Below are positions 1 to 9,445 of a stretch of DNA of 64,000 nucleotides, piece by piece. The DNA comes from a virus. The notes beneath the pieces were generated by a model. The model saw nothing but the letters and a program-made list of their open reading frames with translations, searched no databases and was not told the DNA's origin. Location of the stretch: IMG/VR virus record IMGVR_UViG_3300037510_000655, one strand, 5' to 3'. The translations under genes were made by a program, and so were the position numbers. Each line of letters begins with the position of its first letter. Position 1 is the stretch's first letter.

Positions 1-6
1 CGTTCG

Positions 7-570
7 ATGAGGATGAAGCGCAGCAAGGTCTGGGATGCGTTCCTGCGCATCCCCAATCCAGCAACCAGCGACATCGTGCCCGCAGCCGAGGCGCCCTATC
101 TCCAGGCGAGGGGCGTGGAGGCGAGCGCGCCCGAGGCGCTGCGCCTGCTCCGCACCTGCGTCGCGCCCCTGATGAATCGTCTGGAACATCTACCGGTGGA
201 TTACCGCTACTTCCTCGTGCACGACAAGCACAGTGGCGTGCCCACGAAGGAGGACGGGGCGTTCATTCATCTGCACGTGGCGTTCACACACCCGGTAGCA
301 CTGCGTGATGATGTGCGCGCGTGCGGGTACTTGCACTGGAATATCATCACCCCGGCGAAGGAGAGCGACCGCATCGCCGGTGTCGACACCTCGATCATGC
401 AGGTGACAGACGGGCTGCACGCAACGCGTCGGCTGCTTCATGCACAGTCGTCGTTCGTCCTCGAGCTGCTCGACACCTTCCGCGAGGACGCCGACCCGCT
501 CAAGGTGCTCAATCAGATTCGGCAGCAGATGCACTACTTCGCGAACATGATCCAGATGAGGATCGCGTAA
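7..570 (+). CDS. Hypothetical protein, possibly a lantibiotic dehydratase C-terminal (thiopeptide-type) domain; may be N-terminally truncated by the window edge
   Basis: Order of motifs YFLVHD..FIHLHV..ESDRIAG..QSSFVLELL..HYFANM resembles the Lant_dehydr_C pattern (F-x-RY, LRLR, E-x-x-RYGG, DS-x-x-VL, HM-x-x-NR). Frame is open to base 1. Confidence 0.35.
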   Translation: MRMKRSKVWDAFLRIPNPATSDIVPAAEAPYLQARGVEASAPEALRLLRTCVAPLMNRLEHLPVDYRYFLVHDKHSGVPTKEDGAFIHLHVAFTHPVALRDDVRACGYLHWNIITPAKESDRIAGVDTSIMQVTDGLHATRRLLHAQSSFVLELLDTFREDADPLKVLNQIRQQMHYFANMIQMRIA

Positions 571-578
571 GGAGCGAC

Positions 579-1061
579 ATGGCCAAGTACGAGAGCAACA
601 GCAACAAGACGGCGGGCTACCAGCTCTATCGAGCGTGGAAGTGGCTTGGGTTCAGCTACCGCGCCGACTCGATCGACCATGGCTACATGCGCCGCTGGGT
701 GTTTGGCACGCCGTGGTTCCTGATTCGGCTGCACCACATCATGCGCAGCGACAGCGACCGCCACTTCCACGACCACCCGTTCTCGTTCATCTCGTTCATT
801 CTGGCGGGCGGCTACATGGAGTACACGCCTGCCTGCCCGAATGGTCAGCCGTTCCTTCCAGGGAACGTCGTCAAGAAGAAGTCGACCGACCTGCACTACC
901 TCAAGCTCCTCAACGGGCCGACCTGGACGCTCGTCTTCACGTCGACCTACCACCGGACCTGGGGGTTCCAGACGGAGGAGGGGTGGGTGCCGGCTGCCGA
1001 GTACGACAAGTGGCTCGAGGCCCGAGGCAAGTCGAAGCATCTCGCCGAGGGGGCGGTCTGA
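579..1061 (+). CDS. Cupin-like phage protein
   Basis: RLHHIMRSD..HFHDHPFSFISFILAGGYME His-rich cupin motif; GGAG RBS before ATG 579; stop overlaps the next ATG. Confidence 0.55.
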   Translation: MAKYESNSNKTAGYQLYRAWKWLGFSYRADSIDHGYMRRWVFGTPWFLIRLHHIMRSDSDRHFHDHPFSFISFILAGGYMEYTPACPNGQPFLPGNVVKKKSTDLHYLKLLNGPTWTLVFTSTYHRTWGFQTEEGWVPAAEYDKWLEARGKSKHLAEGAV

Positions 1062-1756
1062 TGCTGCTCAGCAAGCCGCAGATCCTCCGCTATATGGAGT
1101 CGGGCGACATCACCATCGACCCGTTCAAGCCCGAGAACCTCGGTTCGGCGCAGTACGATCTCTCGCTCGGCGAGAACTTCTACCGCGAGCGCAAGAGGGG
1201 GCCGTACGACCGCGCCGGCGTCTACAACCCGTACGACGAGGCGCACGTGCGCGACAAGTGGGAGCTGTGCACGCCAATCACGCACGAGGACTGGATCGAG
1301 CGCAGCGGCAAGCCCCTCGTCAACGTCGGACGCGACGAGAAGTTGATCCTACTCGAGCCCGGTGAGCTGATCCTCGGCCACACCGAGGAGTTCATCGGCG
1401 GTAGCTGCAACTTCATCACCACCATGATGAAGGCCCGCAGCTCGCTCGGGCGCAACGGCATCGAGGTGTGCCGCTGCGCGGGCATGGGTGACGTTGGCTA
1501 CTTCACGCGGTGGACGATGGAGATCGTCAACACCAGCCGCTTCCAACCGATCGCGCTGCCTGTCGGCAGGCGCATCGCGCAGCTGCTTTTCTTCGAGGTC
1601 GAGCCGGTCAAGATGGCGGACGTCTACAGCGCCTCGGGCAAGTACCAGAACACGGATTCTCTGGAGTCGCTGAAGTTGAAGTGGACGCCGGAGCAGCTGA
1701 TCCCGAAGCAGTGGTGCGACCGTGAGGTGCGCCTCGTCCGCGATCTCGAGAAGTAG
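1061..1756 (+). CDS. dcd: dCTP deaminase
   Basis: I-x-P-F..SAQYDLSLG, ARSSLGRNG, AGMGDVGY, LPVGRRIAQLLF are dCTP deaminase/dUTPase motifs. Start taken at ATG 1061. Confidence 0.9.
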   Translation: MLLSKPQILRYMESGDITIDPFKPENLGSAQYDLSLGENFYRERKRGPYDRAGVYNPYDEAHVRDKWELCTPITHEDWIERSGKPLVNVGRDEKLILLEPGELILGHTEEFIGGSCNFITTMMKARSSLGRNGIEVCRCAGMGDVGYFTRWTMEIVNTSRFQPIALPVGRRIAQLLFFEVEPVKMADVYSASGKYQNTDSLESLKLKWTPEQLIPKQWCDREVRLVRDLEK

Positions 1757-1769
1757 GAGCAGCAGGGAA

Positions 1770-2003
1770 ATGTCCAAGGACAAGATGCAGCGCACTGCGG
1801 CCAAGTTCACCGCTCGCGAGCTGCTGGTCGAAGTGGCGGGGCAAGAGCATGCGGATCACACGGTGGTGGAGCGCAAGATGTCCAGACCGAAGCAGCCTCT
1901 GGTGTTCAAGTGCAGCTGCGGAGCGCGCTGCTCGACCGTGTTCACCGAAGACAGAGAAGCCGCGTTGCAGAACGTGGCCAAAATCATGAAGGATGAGCGA
2001 TGA
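1770..2003 (+). CDS. Small hypothetical protein with HxxxH/CxC (possible Zn-binding)
   Basis: Fills the gap between dcd and the next gene; stop overlaps the next start. Confidence 0.5.
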   Translation: MSKDKMQRTAAKFTARELLVEVAGQEHADHTVVERKMSRPKQPLVFKCSCGARCSTVFTEDREAALQNVAKIMKDER

Positions 2004-2557
2004 CGACCAATCGCGAGCGTGGAGGGCGCGCAGCCCAGCACTTCGGTGAGATGTGGGAGATGTGGGGCGACGGGCAGCTCGCCGCCGGCGTCTTCAAGGG
2101 AGTCATCGCCCACTACACACACACGCAGCCGGTCGCCAAGTACATCAACGGCGTGCTCACCTACGTCGACTCGGGTGTGTCTGACTTCGTTGGCATGCTC
2201 GAGGGCGGCAAGCAGTTCGTCGCCGAGTTCAAGTCGGTGGCCGAGGGGCGCCTGTACAAGTCGATCGTGGCCAAGGACCAGGCCGAGCAGCTCGAGGCGG
2301 TCGCCCGCGGCGGCGGGCTGGCCCTGCTCGTCGGCGAATTCCGCGACGACGGCAGCGGGCAGCGGTTCCGCTTTGCTGCGCCCTGGCTGTCCATGCCTTG
2401 GAAGGTCGCGCGCTCGGCCGAGAGCGTGCTGCCCGAGGACATGGTGAAGTGGCAGATTGGTATGAGCACCGAGTGCTTCGTCGAGCGCTGGCACCCGGCC
2501 GGGCCTCGCTCCGGCTCGTGGAGCCCCGTCAAGCGGCGCATCTACGCGACCGAATAG
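2000..2557 (+). CDS. RecU-like Holliday junction resolvase (PD-(D/E)xK nuclease)
   Basis: SDFVGMLEGGKQFVAEFKSV..QAEQLEAVARGGGLALLV matches the RecU pattern DF-x-G..E-x-K..Q..L..GG. Confidence 0.65.
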   Translation: MTTNRERGGRAAQHFGEMWEMWGDGQLAAGVFKGVIAHYTHTQPVAKYINGVLTYVDSGVSDFVGMLEGGKQFVAEFKSVAEGRLYKSIVAKDQAEQLEAVARGGGLALLVGEFRDDGSGQRFRFAAPWLSMPWKVARSAESVLPEDMVKWQIGMSTECFVERWHPAGPRSGSWSPVKRRIYATE

Positions 2558-2591
2558 TGGTATAAAACAGAAACCTCATCCAGGAGTCGAG

Positions 2592-5500
2592 ATGCACACC
2601 GATCCCGTGTCGCAGTCGCAGATGATCGAGATCCGCAAGAGGGATGGCAGCAAGCAGATGTTCACGAGGGACAAGATCGCGAACGCGGTGGCGGCGGCGT
2701 GGAAGTCGGTTGGGGGGTTCGACGAGGACAAGACCAAGATCATTGCCATGTCGGTCGCCAGCGACGCATTCGGCGCAGCTGAGGCGGGCGTGATTGACAT
2801 CGAGGAGGTGCAGAACCTCGTCGAGATCGCGCTCATGCGCAACAAGCTCTACGATGTGGCCAAGGCGTACGTGATCTACCGGCAAAGTCGCGCTGTGGCT
2901 CGTGGCGCGCGCAAGCACCCGGATCCGCGGGCCGTGGCCGACTACATCCACGCGGCGAAGTACGCGCGCTACCTGCCGGACAAGAAGCGCCGCGAGGTGT
3001 ACGAGGAGACTGTCGCGCGCACCGAGCAGATGCACATCCGCAGGTTCGGCCACCTGCCCAGCCTCGCCGGTGGCGACAGTTTCGCGCACGATATCCGTCG
3101 TGCATTCGATCTGGTGCGCGAGGAGCGCGTGTTGCCGTCGATGCGCTCGATGCAGTTTGGCGGAGCGGCCATCGAGGCCGTGGAGAACCGCATCTACAAC
3201 TGCTCGGCCACGCACGTCAATCGGCTCGAGGCGTTCTCACAGGCGTTCTACCTGCTCCTGTGCGGCTGCGGCGTCGGCTACTCGGTGCAGTTTCGGCACG
3301 TTGACCAGCTGCCCGAGTTCGGTTTCGTTGACCCCAAGCGCGTCGTGCACCACGTCGTCGGTGACTCCATCGAGGGGTGGGCAGATGCGGCGCTCGCCCT
3401 GCTGCGCTCGTTCGTCGACGGGACGCACATCGAGTTCGCCTACCACCTCGTGCGGTCGGAGGGCTCACCGCTCAAGACGTCGGGGGGCAAGGCGCCCGGC
3501 CACCTCGCGCTGAAGACGGCGCTGGAGAGCGTGCGCACCATCCTGCTGCAGGCTCAGGGCAGGAGATTGCGTCCGATCGAGTGCCACGAGATTATGTGCT
3601 TGCTCGCGGACGCTGTACTGTCGGGGGGTATCCGCCGCAGCTCACTCATCTCGCTCTTCTCGCTCGAGGACAGCGAGATGATGTACTGCAAGACGGGCAA
3701 TTGGCTCGATAAGAAGCCGTGGCTCAGCAACGCGAACAACTCGTGCGTCTTGAAGCGCAGCGAGGTCAGGCTCGAGCAGTTCATGCGCATCTTCAAGATG
3801 ACGAAGAGGTTCGGCGAGCCGGGCTTCATCTTCGTCAACGACGAGGAGGAGGTGACCAATCCTTGTCAGCCTAGGTGGGCGACTGTGCTCACTCCCGAAG
3901 GTATCAAGACGATCGGGGAGATTGAGATCGGCTCTACGATCTGGTCGGGCAAGCAGTGGACGAAGGTCACCAACAAGTGGTCGACCGGAGTCAAGCCGGT
4001 CTACGCATTCCGCACGCGCGCCGGCACGTTCTACGGAACCGAGAATCATCGAGTTGTATCAGAGGGGGAAAAAATCGAAGTCGGTCAGGCCGAGTCGATC
4101 GATACTGCTCAGGGGCCTGTCGGGGCGCATGAGGATCTCGACCCCCGCGTGATCATGGACGGGATCGTCTTCGGTGACGGGAGTGTCCACGAGGCGTCGA
4201 ATAATTTGGTGCACTTGTATATCGGCGCCAAAGACGGCGACTATCTCGACAGCGAAATCAGTCACCTGCTCAAGATGCAACGACCCAGGCTCAGTGAACA
4301 CGCCTGGGAGATTCGCACCTCGCTCACAGCGGCGGAATTACCGAAGACCTATTTGCGATCGGTGCCGCATCGTTTTCGATTCGGTTCGTCTGCGCACGTG
4401 CGTGCTTTCTTGCGCGGCCTATACACGGCGAACGGGTCGATCGTTTCGACGCGAGTCACATTGAAAGCAGCCAGTATTCAGGTGATTCGGCAGGTTCAGG
4501 AAATGCTCTCGTCTCTCGGCATCTCTTCGTATTACACCACCAACGCGGCTCACACCGTCCAGTTTGACAATGGTGAGTACGAGTGCCGCGAAAGCTACGA
4601 CCTCAACATCACAGGAGGCAGACGCGAATTTCAGCGACAGATCGGATTCATTCAGAAGGATAAGCAGCGTCGATTGAGTGAGATCTGCGAGATTCCTGCG
4701 CGAGAGAGTCGGGCCAAGAAGACGTTCGAGATCATCGAGCAGACTTTCATTAGCGAGGAGGAAGTGTTCGATTTGACCGTCGAAGCAGACGAGCACACCT
4801 ACTGGACGGGCGGCCTGCTCGTGTCCAACTGTGCTGAGATTCGAATGAACTGCAGGCTGCAGATCACCCACGAGGTGCTGCGCTTGCTCAAGGAGCGTAC
4901 CAAGCGCGGCAAGCCGATGCCCGACGTCAAGCTCGGGGAGGTCTATACCGGCTTCTCTTTCTGCAACCTGTGCGAGATCAACGCGTCGAAGATCTCGAGC
5001 TTCTCTGACTTCGTCGAGGCGGCACACGCGGCCGCGCTCATCGGTACCCTGCAGGCGTCGTACACCAACATGCCCTACCTTGGCTGGGTGTCCGAGGTCA
5101 TTGCCGAGCGCGAGGCGCTGCTGGGCGTCGGCATGACGGGGATGATGGACTCGCCCGACTACGCGCTCAACCCCGAGCACCAGCGGGAGATCGCCGGGCG
5201 CATCGTCGAGTGGAATGCGGAATATGCAGAGCTGATCGGCATCCGTCCGGCGGCTCGCACGACAACGGTGAAACCGGGGGGCACTACGTCTCTCAAGCTC
5301 GGAGTGGTGCCGTCGGGCATTCATCCGCAGCACGCGCGACGCTTTCTTCGCCTCGTGACGGCGAACGAGCTGGAGACGGTGTTCCAGAACTTCAAGTCGG
5401 TCAACCCGCACATGTGCGTGCGCAAGCCCGACGGCGACTGGGTCATCGAGTTCCCGGTGCAGGCGAGGGACGGCGCCAAGGTCAAGCGCGACTTCACCGC

Positions 5501-5885
5501 GGTGCAATTCTTGGAGGTGGTGAAGTCGACGCAGCAGAATTGGGTGGAGCCGGGCACAGCGCGCCCCGAGTCGAGCCCAGGCTACGTGCACAACGTGTCG
5601 AACACGGTGCAGGTGGAGCCGCATGAGTGGGGCGAGGTCGCCGAGTACCTGTGGCAGAACAAGGAGCACTTCTCGGGGGTCAGTTTCATCGAGAACAACA
5701 ACAAGATCTACCCGTTCATGCCGTTCCAGGAGGTCATCACGGAAGCTGACGAGGCTCACTTCAACCAGTTGGTTGCAAACTATAAGCCGGTTGATTATCT
5801 CTCTTTCGTGGAAGAGGATGACACCACCAGTTTCGTGCAGGAGCCAGCATGTGCTGGCGGGGCCTGCGAGATTCCTACCAGGTAA
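2592..5885 (+). CDS. nrdJ: Class II (B12-dependent) ribonucleotide reductase with N-terminal ATP-cone, interrupted by an intein
   Basis: ATP-cone IRKRDGSKQMFTRDKI; LPSMRSM, YNC, GCGVGYSV, GGIRRSS, NP|CAEI split by the intein, TTVKPGGTTS, C-terminal CAGGACEI. Confidence 0.9.
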   Translation: MHTDPVSQSQMIEIRKRDGSKQMFTRDKIANAVAAAWKSVGGFDEDKTKIIAMSVASDAFGAAEAGVIDIEEVQNLVEIALMRNKLYDVAKAYVIYRQSRAVARGARKHPDPRAVADYIHAAKYARYLPDKKRREVYEETVARTEQMHIRRFGHLPSLAGGDSFAHDIRRAFDLVREERVLPSMRSMQFGGAAIEAVENRIYNCSATHVNRLEAFSQAFYLLLCGCGVGYSVQFRHVDQLPEFGFVDPKRVVHHVVGDSIEGWADAALALLRSFVDGTHIEFAYHLVRSEGSPLKTSGGKAPGHLALKTALESVRTILLQAQGRRLRPIECHEIMCLLADAVLSGGIRRSSLISLFSLEDSEMMYCKTGNWLDKKPWLSNANNSCVLKRSEVRLEQFMRIFKMTKRFGEPGFIFVNDEEEVTNPCQPRWATVLTPEGIKTIGEIEIGSTIWSGKQWTKVTNKWSTGVKPVYAFRTRAGTFYGTENHRVVSEGEKIEVGQAESIDTAQGPVGAHEDLDPRVIMDGIVFGDGSVHEASNNLVHLYIGAKDGDYLDSEISHLLKMQRPRLSEHAWEIRTSLTAAELPKTYLRSVPHRFRFGSSAHVRAFLRGLYTANGSIVSTRVTLKAASIQVIRQVQEMLSSLGISSYYTTNAAHTVQFDNGEYECRESYDLNITGGRREFQRQIGFIQKDKQRRLSEICEIPARESRAKKTFEIIEQTFISEEEVFDLTVEADEHTYWTGGLLVSNCAEIRMNCRLQITHEVLRLLKERTKRGKPMPDVKLGEVYTGFSFCNLCEINASKISSFSDFVEAAHAAALIGTLQASYTNMPYLGWVSEVIAEREALLGVGMTGMMDSPDYALNPEHQREIAGRIVEWNAEYAELIGIRPAARTTTVKPGGTTSLKLGVVPSGIHPQHARRFLRLVTANELETVFQNFKSVNPHMCVRKPDGDWVIEFPVQARDGAKVKRDFTAVQFLEVVKSTQQNWVEPGTARPESSPGYVHNVSNTVQVEPHEWGEVAEYLWQNKEHFSGVSFIENNNKIYPFMPFQEVITEADEAHFNQLVANYKPVDYLSFVEEDDTTSFVQEPACAGGACEIPTR
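3864..4829 (+). mobile_element. Intein with LAGLIDADG homing endonuclease (~322 aa) inserted at the RNR active-site NP|C
   Basis: Starts with Cys (CQPRWATVLTPEG), ends VSN followed by extein Cys; LAGLIDADG-like motifs DGIVFGDGS and FLRGLYTANGS; DNA visibly less GC-rich than the flanks. Confidence 0.9.
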
Positions 5886-5894
5886 AGGAGAGAC

Positions 5895-6203
5895 ATGAAG
5901 CCCGTCATCGTCACGAGAGGAAATTGGCGCTGGGCCCGGGAGAAGGCCGCGCACCAGCTCGCGAAGTTCTTGCGGAAAGGTCACAGGACCACGAGCCAGG
6001 TGGCCGCGCACATGAAGTGTTCGTTCATGGTGGCGCGCCGTCGCATCCAGCTGCTTGGCCAGCAGTGGAAGCTGCAGGAAATCGAGGTGCGCCAGGGCGA
6101 CAGGGGACCAACGGCGAAGGCGTTCAAGATCGTGAAGAAGCTCTCCACTCGCCCCGTCGCTGCCAAGCGCGTCTCCAAGAAACGCAAGTCCTCCCGCCGC
6201 TGA
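5895..6203 (+). CDS. Small basic protein, possible winged HTH
   Basis: GGAG RBS; TTSQVAAHMKCSFMVARRRIQLL is HTH-like; K/R-rich tail. Confidence 0.5.
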   Translation: MKPVIVTRGNWRWAREKAAHQLAKFLRKGHRTTSQVAAHMKCSFMVARRRIQLLGQQWKLQEIEVRQGDRGPTAKAFKIVKKLSTRPVAAKRVSKKRKSSRR

Positions 6204-6218
6204 TCACGATTTTTCTTG

Positions 6219-6238
6219 ACTGCTAAACATTTAGCAGT
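6219..6238. promoter_or_regulatory. Perfect palindrome ACTGCTAAA-CA-TTTAGCAGT (operator-like)
   Basis: 9-bp arms, 2-bp spacer, intergenic, overlapping TTGACT (6216-6221); AACATTTAGCAGT recurs at 23.86 kb and 32.0 kb. Confidence 0.65.
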
Positions 6239-6274
6239 GATCCTGTGCCCCTCAACTGCAGGGGTGTCAAACAC

Positions 6275-7210
6275 ATGCCCGGTCCCAAGTTCACGGATAG
6301 CTACGGCGTCAAGGCCAAGCAGATCTACAGTGTGGATCCCGGCCCCGAGCGGCTGATCATCCCGCCAATCGGCCATTTCCTCTACGACGAGACCTCTCCG
6401 ACGGAGGTCGACGAGCAGAAGGTCAAGCAGTTCGACGAGGACGGCAGCGCGTTCTCGGCCGTCATCGAGGTTTACACCGACACCAAGAACAAGAAGCTGT
6501 ACGTGCTCGACGGCCGCGAGACCGTGATGACGGTGCGCGAGGTCAATCGGCGCCGCGCGCTCGAGAATCGCGAGCCCATCCTGTTCGACATCAAGCCTGT
6601 GGCCATCAACGAGAAGGAGGCGGTTGCACACATGGCGGTGCGCAACTTCCACCGCCGGCTGCCGACGCCGAGCGCATACGCCCTCCACATTCGCCAGCAG
6701 CGTCGTGCGGGCTGGACGTGGGAGGCCATCTGCCAGCACCTGCTGGTCAAGGTGGACGACCCGGAGGTCTGGTGCCGCCGGCGACTGCCCTTGGCTTACT
6801 GTGAGCCTGAGGTGCGCGCCGCCTTCGACAATGGCGATTTGCCGCTCAACAAAGCGGTGGAGTTCGGAGGTAGCGCTGAAGACGGGCTCGAGGCCGAGGG
6901 TCGCGAGGAGCAGCTGGGGCTCCTGGAGACGCTCCTCGCCGAGAAGTCCTTTCGCAAGCAGGCCCCCAAGCCGCCGGGCAAGAGCGCGCGGAAGAGGGTG
7001 CGCAAGGCGCTGCTCAACGGGGAGACGGCGAACCTCTGCTTCAAGGATGCGGAGGCCGCCAAGGTCGCGGCAGCCACGCTAGGGTGGCTCGACGGCGACG
7101 CCAAGGCGCTCGATGAGTGGCCGGAAGTGCGCGCCATCATGGAGAGCGCGGTGGAACGCAAGAAGGCCGAGCCGTCGGAGGAAGTGAAACGTGAAACAAG
7201 CGCTTCTTGA
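6275..7210 (+). CDS. ParB/Srx-like domain protein
   Basis: YVLDGRE.., then RNFHRRLPTP-x-x-x-A..G-WT-x-x-x-I HTH region, resembling ParB N-terminal plus HTH. Alternative start GTG 6245. Confidence 0.55.
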   Translation: MPGPKFTDSYGVKAKQIYSVDPGPERLIIPPIGHFLYDETSPTEVDEQKVKQFDEDGSAFSAVIEVYTDTKNKKLYVLDGRETVMTVREVNRRRALENREPILFDIKPVAINEKEAVAHMAVRNFHRRLPTPSAYALHIRQQRRAGWTWEAICQHLLVKVDDPEVWCRRRLPLAYCEPEVRAAFDNGDLPLNKAVEFGGSAEDGLEAEGREEQLGLLETLLAEKSFRKQAPKPPGKSARKRVRKALLNGETANLCFKDAEAAKVAAATLGWLDGDAKALDEWPEVRAIMESAVERKKAEPSEEVKRETSAS

Positions 7211-7394
7211 TCTAGAGAGGGTTGTCGCGGTGACGTTGAAGGGAGGCTTTCGTTATGATGTGAAGCCCGGCACGCTCAAGATCGTCTCCGACAGCAGCGG
7301 CGAGTATTTGCACTTTCAATTTTTTGCAGTTGACGAGTATTATCGTAATGTTTTCGTCGACTGTGATGAGATAGCCGCCATCGAAACGGTGTGA
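7191..7394 (+). CDS. Hypothetical protein (lower GC)
   Basis: ORF overlaps the previous stop; AT-richer codon usage. Confidence 0.4.
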   Translation: MKQALLDLERVVAVTLKGGFRYDVKPGTLKIVSDSSGEYLHFQFFAVDEYYRNVFVDCDEIAAIETV

Positions 7395-7442
7395 GCGTGA
7401 TCCGCTGGTTGTTCACCCTCGCCTTCGGCGGCGCGCTGGCCT

Positions 7443-7679
7443 TCATCGTCGGGAGCGCTTCTTTGGTGACGGCGCTTTTGCTGCTGCTACTCTGGGCCGG
7501 TGCGTCAATTGTGGCACGTCAGGCATGATGAGGTTAAGCGCCACCCACCGCACGTAGGCGGCCACGGTCCACCCCCTCGCTGTTGCTAATTCTATCACCT
7601 GGTTGTGCTCACAGTTGTTCATTGGCACTCGCACGATGTTGGTGCGCCGTAGCTCTTTGGAGATCTTCGGTCTCGACAT
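7443..7679 (-). CDS. Small ribbon-helix-helix-like DNA-binding protein, divergent from the sigma gene
   Basis: IVRVPMN..VIELATARGWTVAAYVR is a CopG/MobC-like RHH pattern; AT-rich spacer at 7680-7703. Confidence 0.45.
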   Translation of the reverse strand: MSRPKISKELRRTNIVRVPMNNCEHNQVIELATARGWTVAAYVRWVALNLIMPDVPQLTHRPRVAAAKAPSPKKRSRR

Positions 7680-7703
7680 GGTTGGCCATAATTTGGTATT
7701 AAT

Positions 7704-8399
7704 ATGGCCATGGTCAAGTACCCGCCGCTGACTGCGAAGCAACAGAAGCTCGTGGAAGATCATACGGGGCTCGTCTTTCAGGTTGCGCTTCCACTCGTGA
7801 AGCGTGCACCCCTGGACGATCTTATTGCAGAGGGGCGCCTCGGGCTGTGCTTGGCGGCGGGCAAGTTCGACGAGTCACGCGGCCTCATGTTCTCGACCTA
7901 CGCGGTGTATTGGGTGCGAGCGCGCATCTACGACTACATCATGAAGAATCAGAGTCAGGTGATCTTCGGTACCCGTCGTGAAGATCGACGCGTCTATTTT
8001 CAGCTCGGCCGCGCGCGTAGGTTAATCGGCGACGATCTAGATGCTGTCGCAGCGTACATGGGCATCGATCGACAAACGTTGGACGAGGCGCTTCCCCGAG
8101 TTGAGAGAACGGACGTCGTTCTCGACGTGGGAAAATTTGTGCTGAAGGACGAGCGACCAGGGCCCTTGAAGCAGCTACTTGTGAACGAGGCGTCGAAGAT
8201 TCGACGGAAGAGGATTCTCAAAGCACTGCGACGGCTGGATCCGCGAGAGCGCATCGTCACCGAGCAGCGGCTGCTGAAGGCGCCGGCGAAGCCTCTGCGT
8301 GTGCTGGGCGAGGAGTTTGGTGTGAGCCGGGAGCGGGTGAGGCAGATCGAGCTGAAGGCCAAGGAGAAGCTGCGGGTGTTGCTGGCGGACGTGGCGTGA
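7704..8399 (+). CDS. RNA polymerase sigma-70 family factor (RpoH/SigB-like)
   Basis: Region 2: DDLIAEGRLGL..KFDESRGLMFSTYAVYWVR; region 4: LRVLGEEFGVSRERVRQIE. Confidence 0.85.
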   Translation: MAMVKYPPLTAKQQKLVEDHTGLVFQVALPLVKRAPLDDLIAEGRLGLCLAAGKFDESRGLMFSTYAVYWVRARIYDYIMKNQSQVIFGTRREDRRVYFQLGRARRLIGDDLDAVAAYMGIDRQTLDEALPRVERTDVVLDVGKFVLKDERPGPLKQLLVNEASKIRRKRILKALRRLDPRERIVTEQRLLKAPAKPLRVLGEEFGVSRERVRQIELKAKEKLRVLLADVA

Positions 8400-8896
8400 T
8401 GAACTGGATCTTCCTCGACATCGACGGCGTCCTCAACACGCCCGACGATTACGCGCGGTGGTGCAACGCCAAGCCGAGCACGCTTGGACCCGACGACCAG
8501 GCCGAGCTGCTGTTCAATCCGCAGCTGGTGGCGCGGCTCAACCGCATCACCGAGGCCGCTAGCGCGCAGATCGTGGTGTCGTCGAGCTGGCGCCTCTACT
8601 ACTCAGGGCGCGGCAACCCGGAGTTCTCCGACCTGTACAATCTGCTTCGACGAGTCGGGGTGAGGGGCTACATCTTCGGCCCGACGCCGCTCGAGTTCCC
8701 GGAGCGGTGGTCCGCCATCGAGAAGTGGGTGTCGAGCAACGGGCTGCCACACGACCGCATCGCGATCCTCGACGACGATGTACCGCACGACGAGTGGCGC
8801 TGGAAGACGAGGCACGTCCACTGTCGGGCGCTGCCGGGCGGGTTGACTGAGGAGAACGAGCGGCAGGCGATCAAGCTCCTGACGGGGGAATTGTGA
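8399..8896 (+). CDS. HAD-superfamily protein (Swiss-army-knife RNA-repair-like HAD domain)
   Basis: IFLDIDGVLN, IVVSSSWR, AILDD. Confidence 0.75.
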   Translation: MNWIFLDIDGVLNTPDDYARWCNAKPSTLGPDDQAELLFNPQLVARLNRITEAASAQIVVSSSWRLYYSGRGNPEFSDLYNLLRRVGVRGYIFGPTPLEFPERWSAIEKWVSSNGLPHDRIAILDDDVPHDEWRWKTRHVHCRALPGGLTEENERQAIKLLTGEL

Positions 8897-9156
8897 GCGA
8901 AGGTAATAAACCTTCCTGGGGTGAAGGCGTCGAGGAGATCAAACTCGGTACCTGGCGTGATGCGCTCGAGAAGGCTAGCGGCAACATTTCCCGAGCTGCC
9001 AAGGCAATTCACATCGCCCGCAGCTACGCCATGACGCTGACCAAGCGATTCGAGCTGACCGCCTTCGCGGCCGAGCTGCGAGCGAGGGCTGGCGGTACGA
9101 AGGTGCGCGGCGGCCCCCGCAGCGGCGTCGTGACGGGCAGGCCGCGAAGTCGATGA
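8893..9156 (+). CDS. Fis-type HTH protein with C-terminal GRPR (AT-hook-like)
   Basis: ALEKASGNISRAAKAIHI; paralog at 39494-39688. Confidence 0.7.
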   Translation: MSEGNKPSWGEGVEEIKLGTWRDALEKASGNISRAAKAIHIARSYAMTLTKRFELTAFAAELRARAGGTKVRGGPRSGVVTGRPRSR

Positions 9157-9364
9157 GCTGCTGGTGCTCGCTTTGTCTTCCTCGCCGTCGGAGAAAGCGA
9201 CGGACAGTGCCGACGCCGGCTCGACCTGTTGAGCCCGCCTGCCGCGGGCACGTCTGGGCTGAGATCTACCACAGCACCGGCAAGGTCTCAGAAGCTTGCC
9301 TGCGCTGCAGCTGGCCAAAGCATCAGCATTCCAGAAAGTGACCTATTTTGAGGACACTTTACGC

Positions 9365-9377
9365 TAACTACTTGATT
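9365..9377 (-). promoter_or_regulatory. IHF consensus site
   Basis: Minus strand AATCAAGTAGTTA is an exact match to WATCAANNNNTTR, in an AT-rich intergenic gap upstream of the operon containing the recombinase. Confidence 0.55.
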
Positions 9378-9445
9378 TTCAGACGGGTGTCCCAGTGGGA
9401 AAATGCTCATTTTGGCATTGACGTCGAGGGTCGCTTTCGGGCAGG

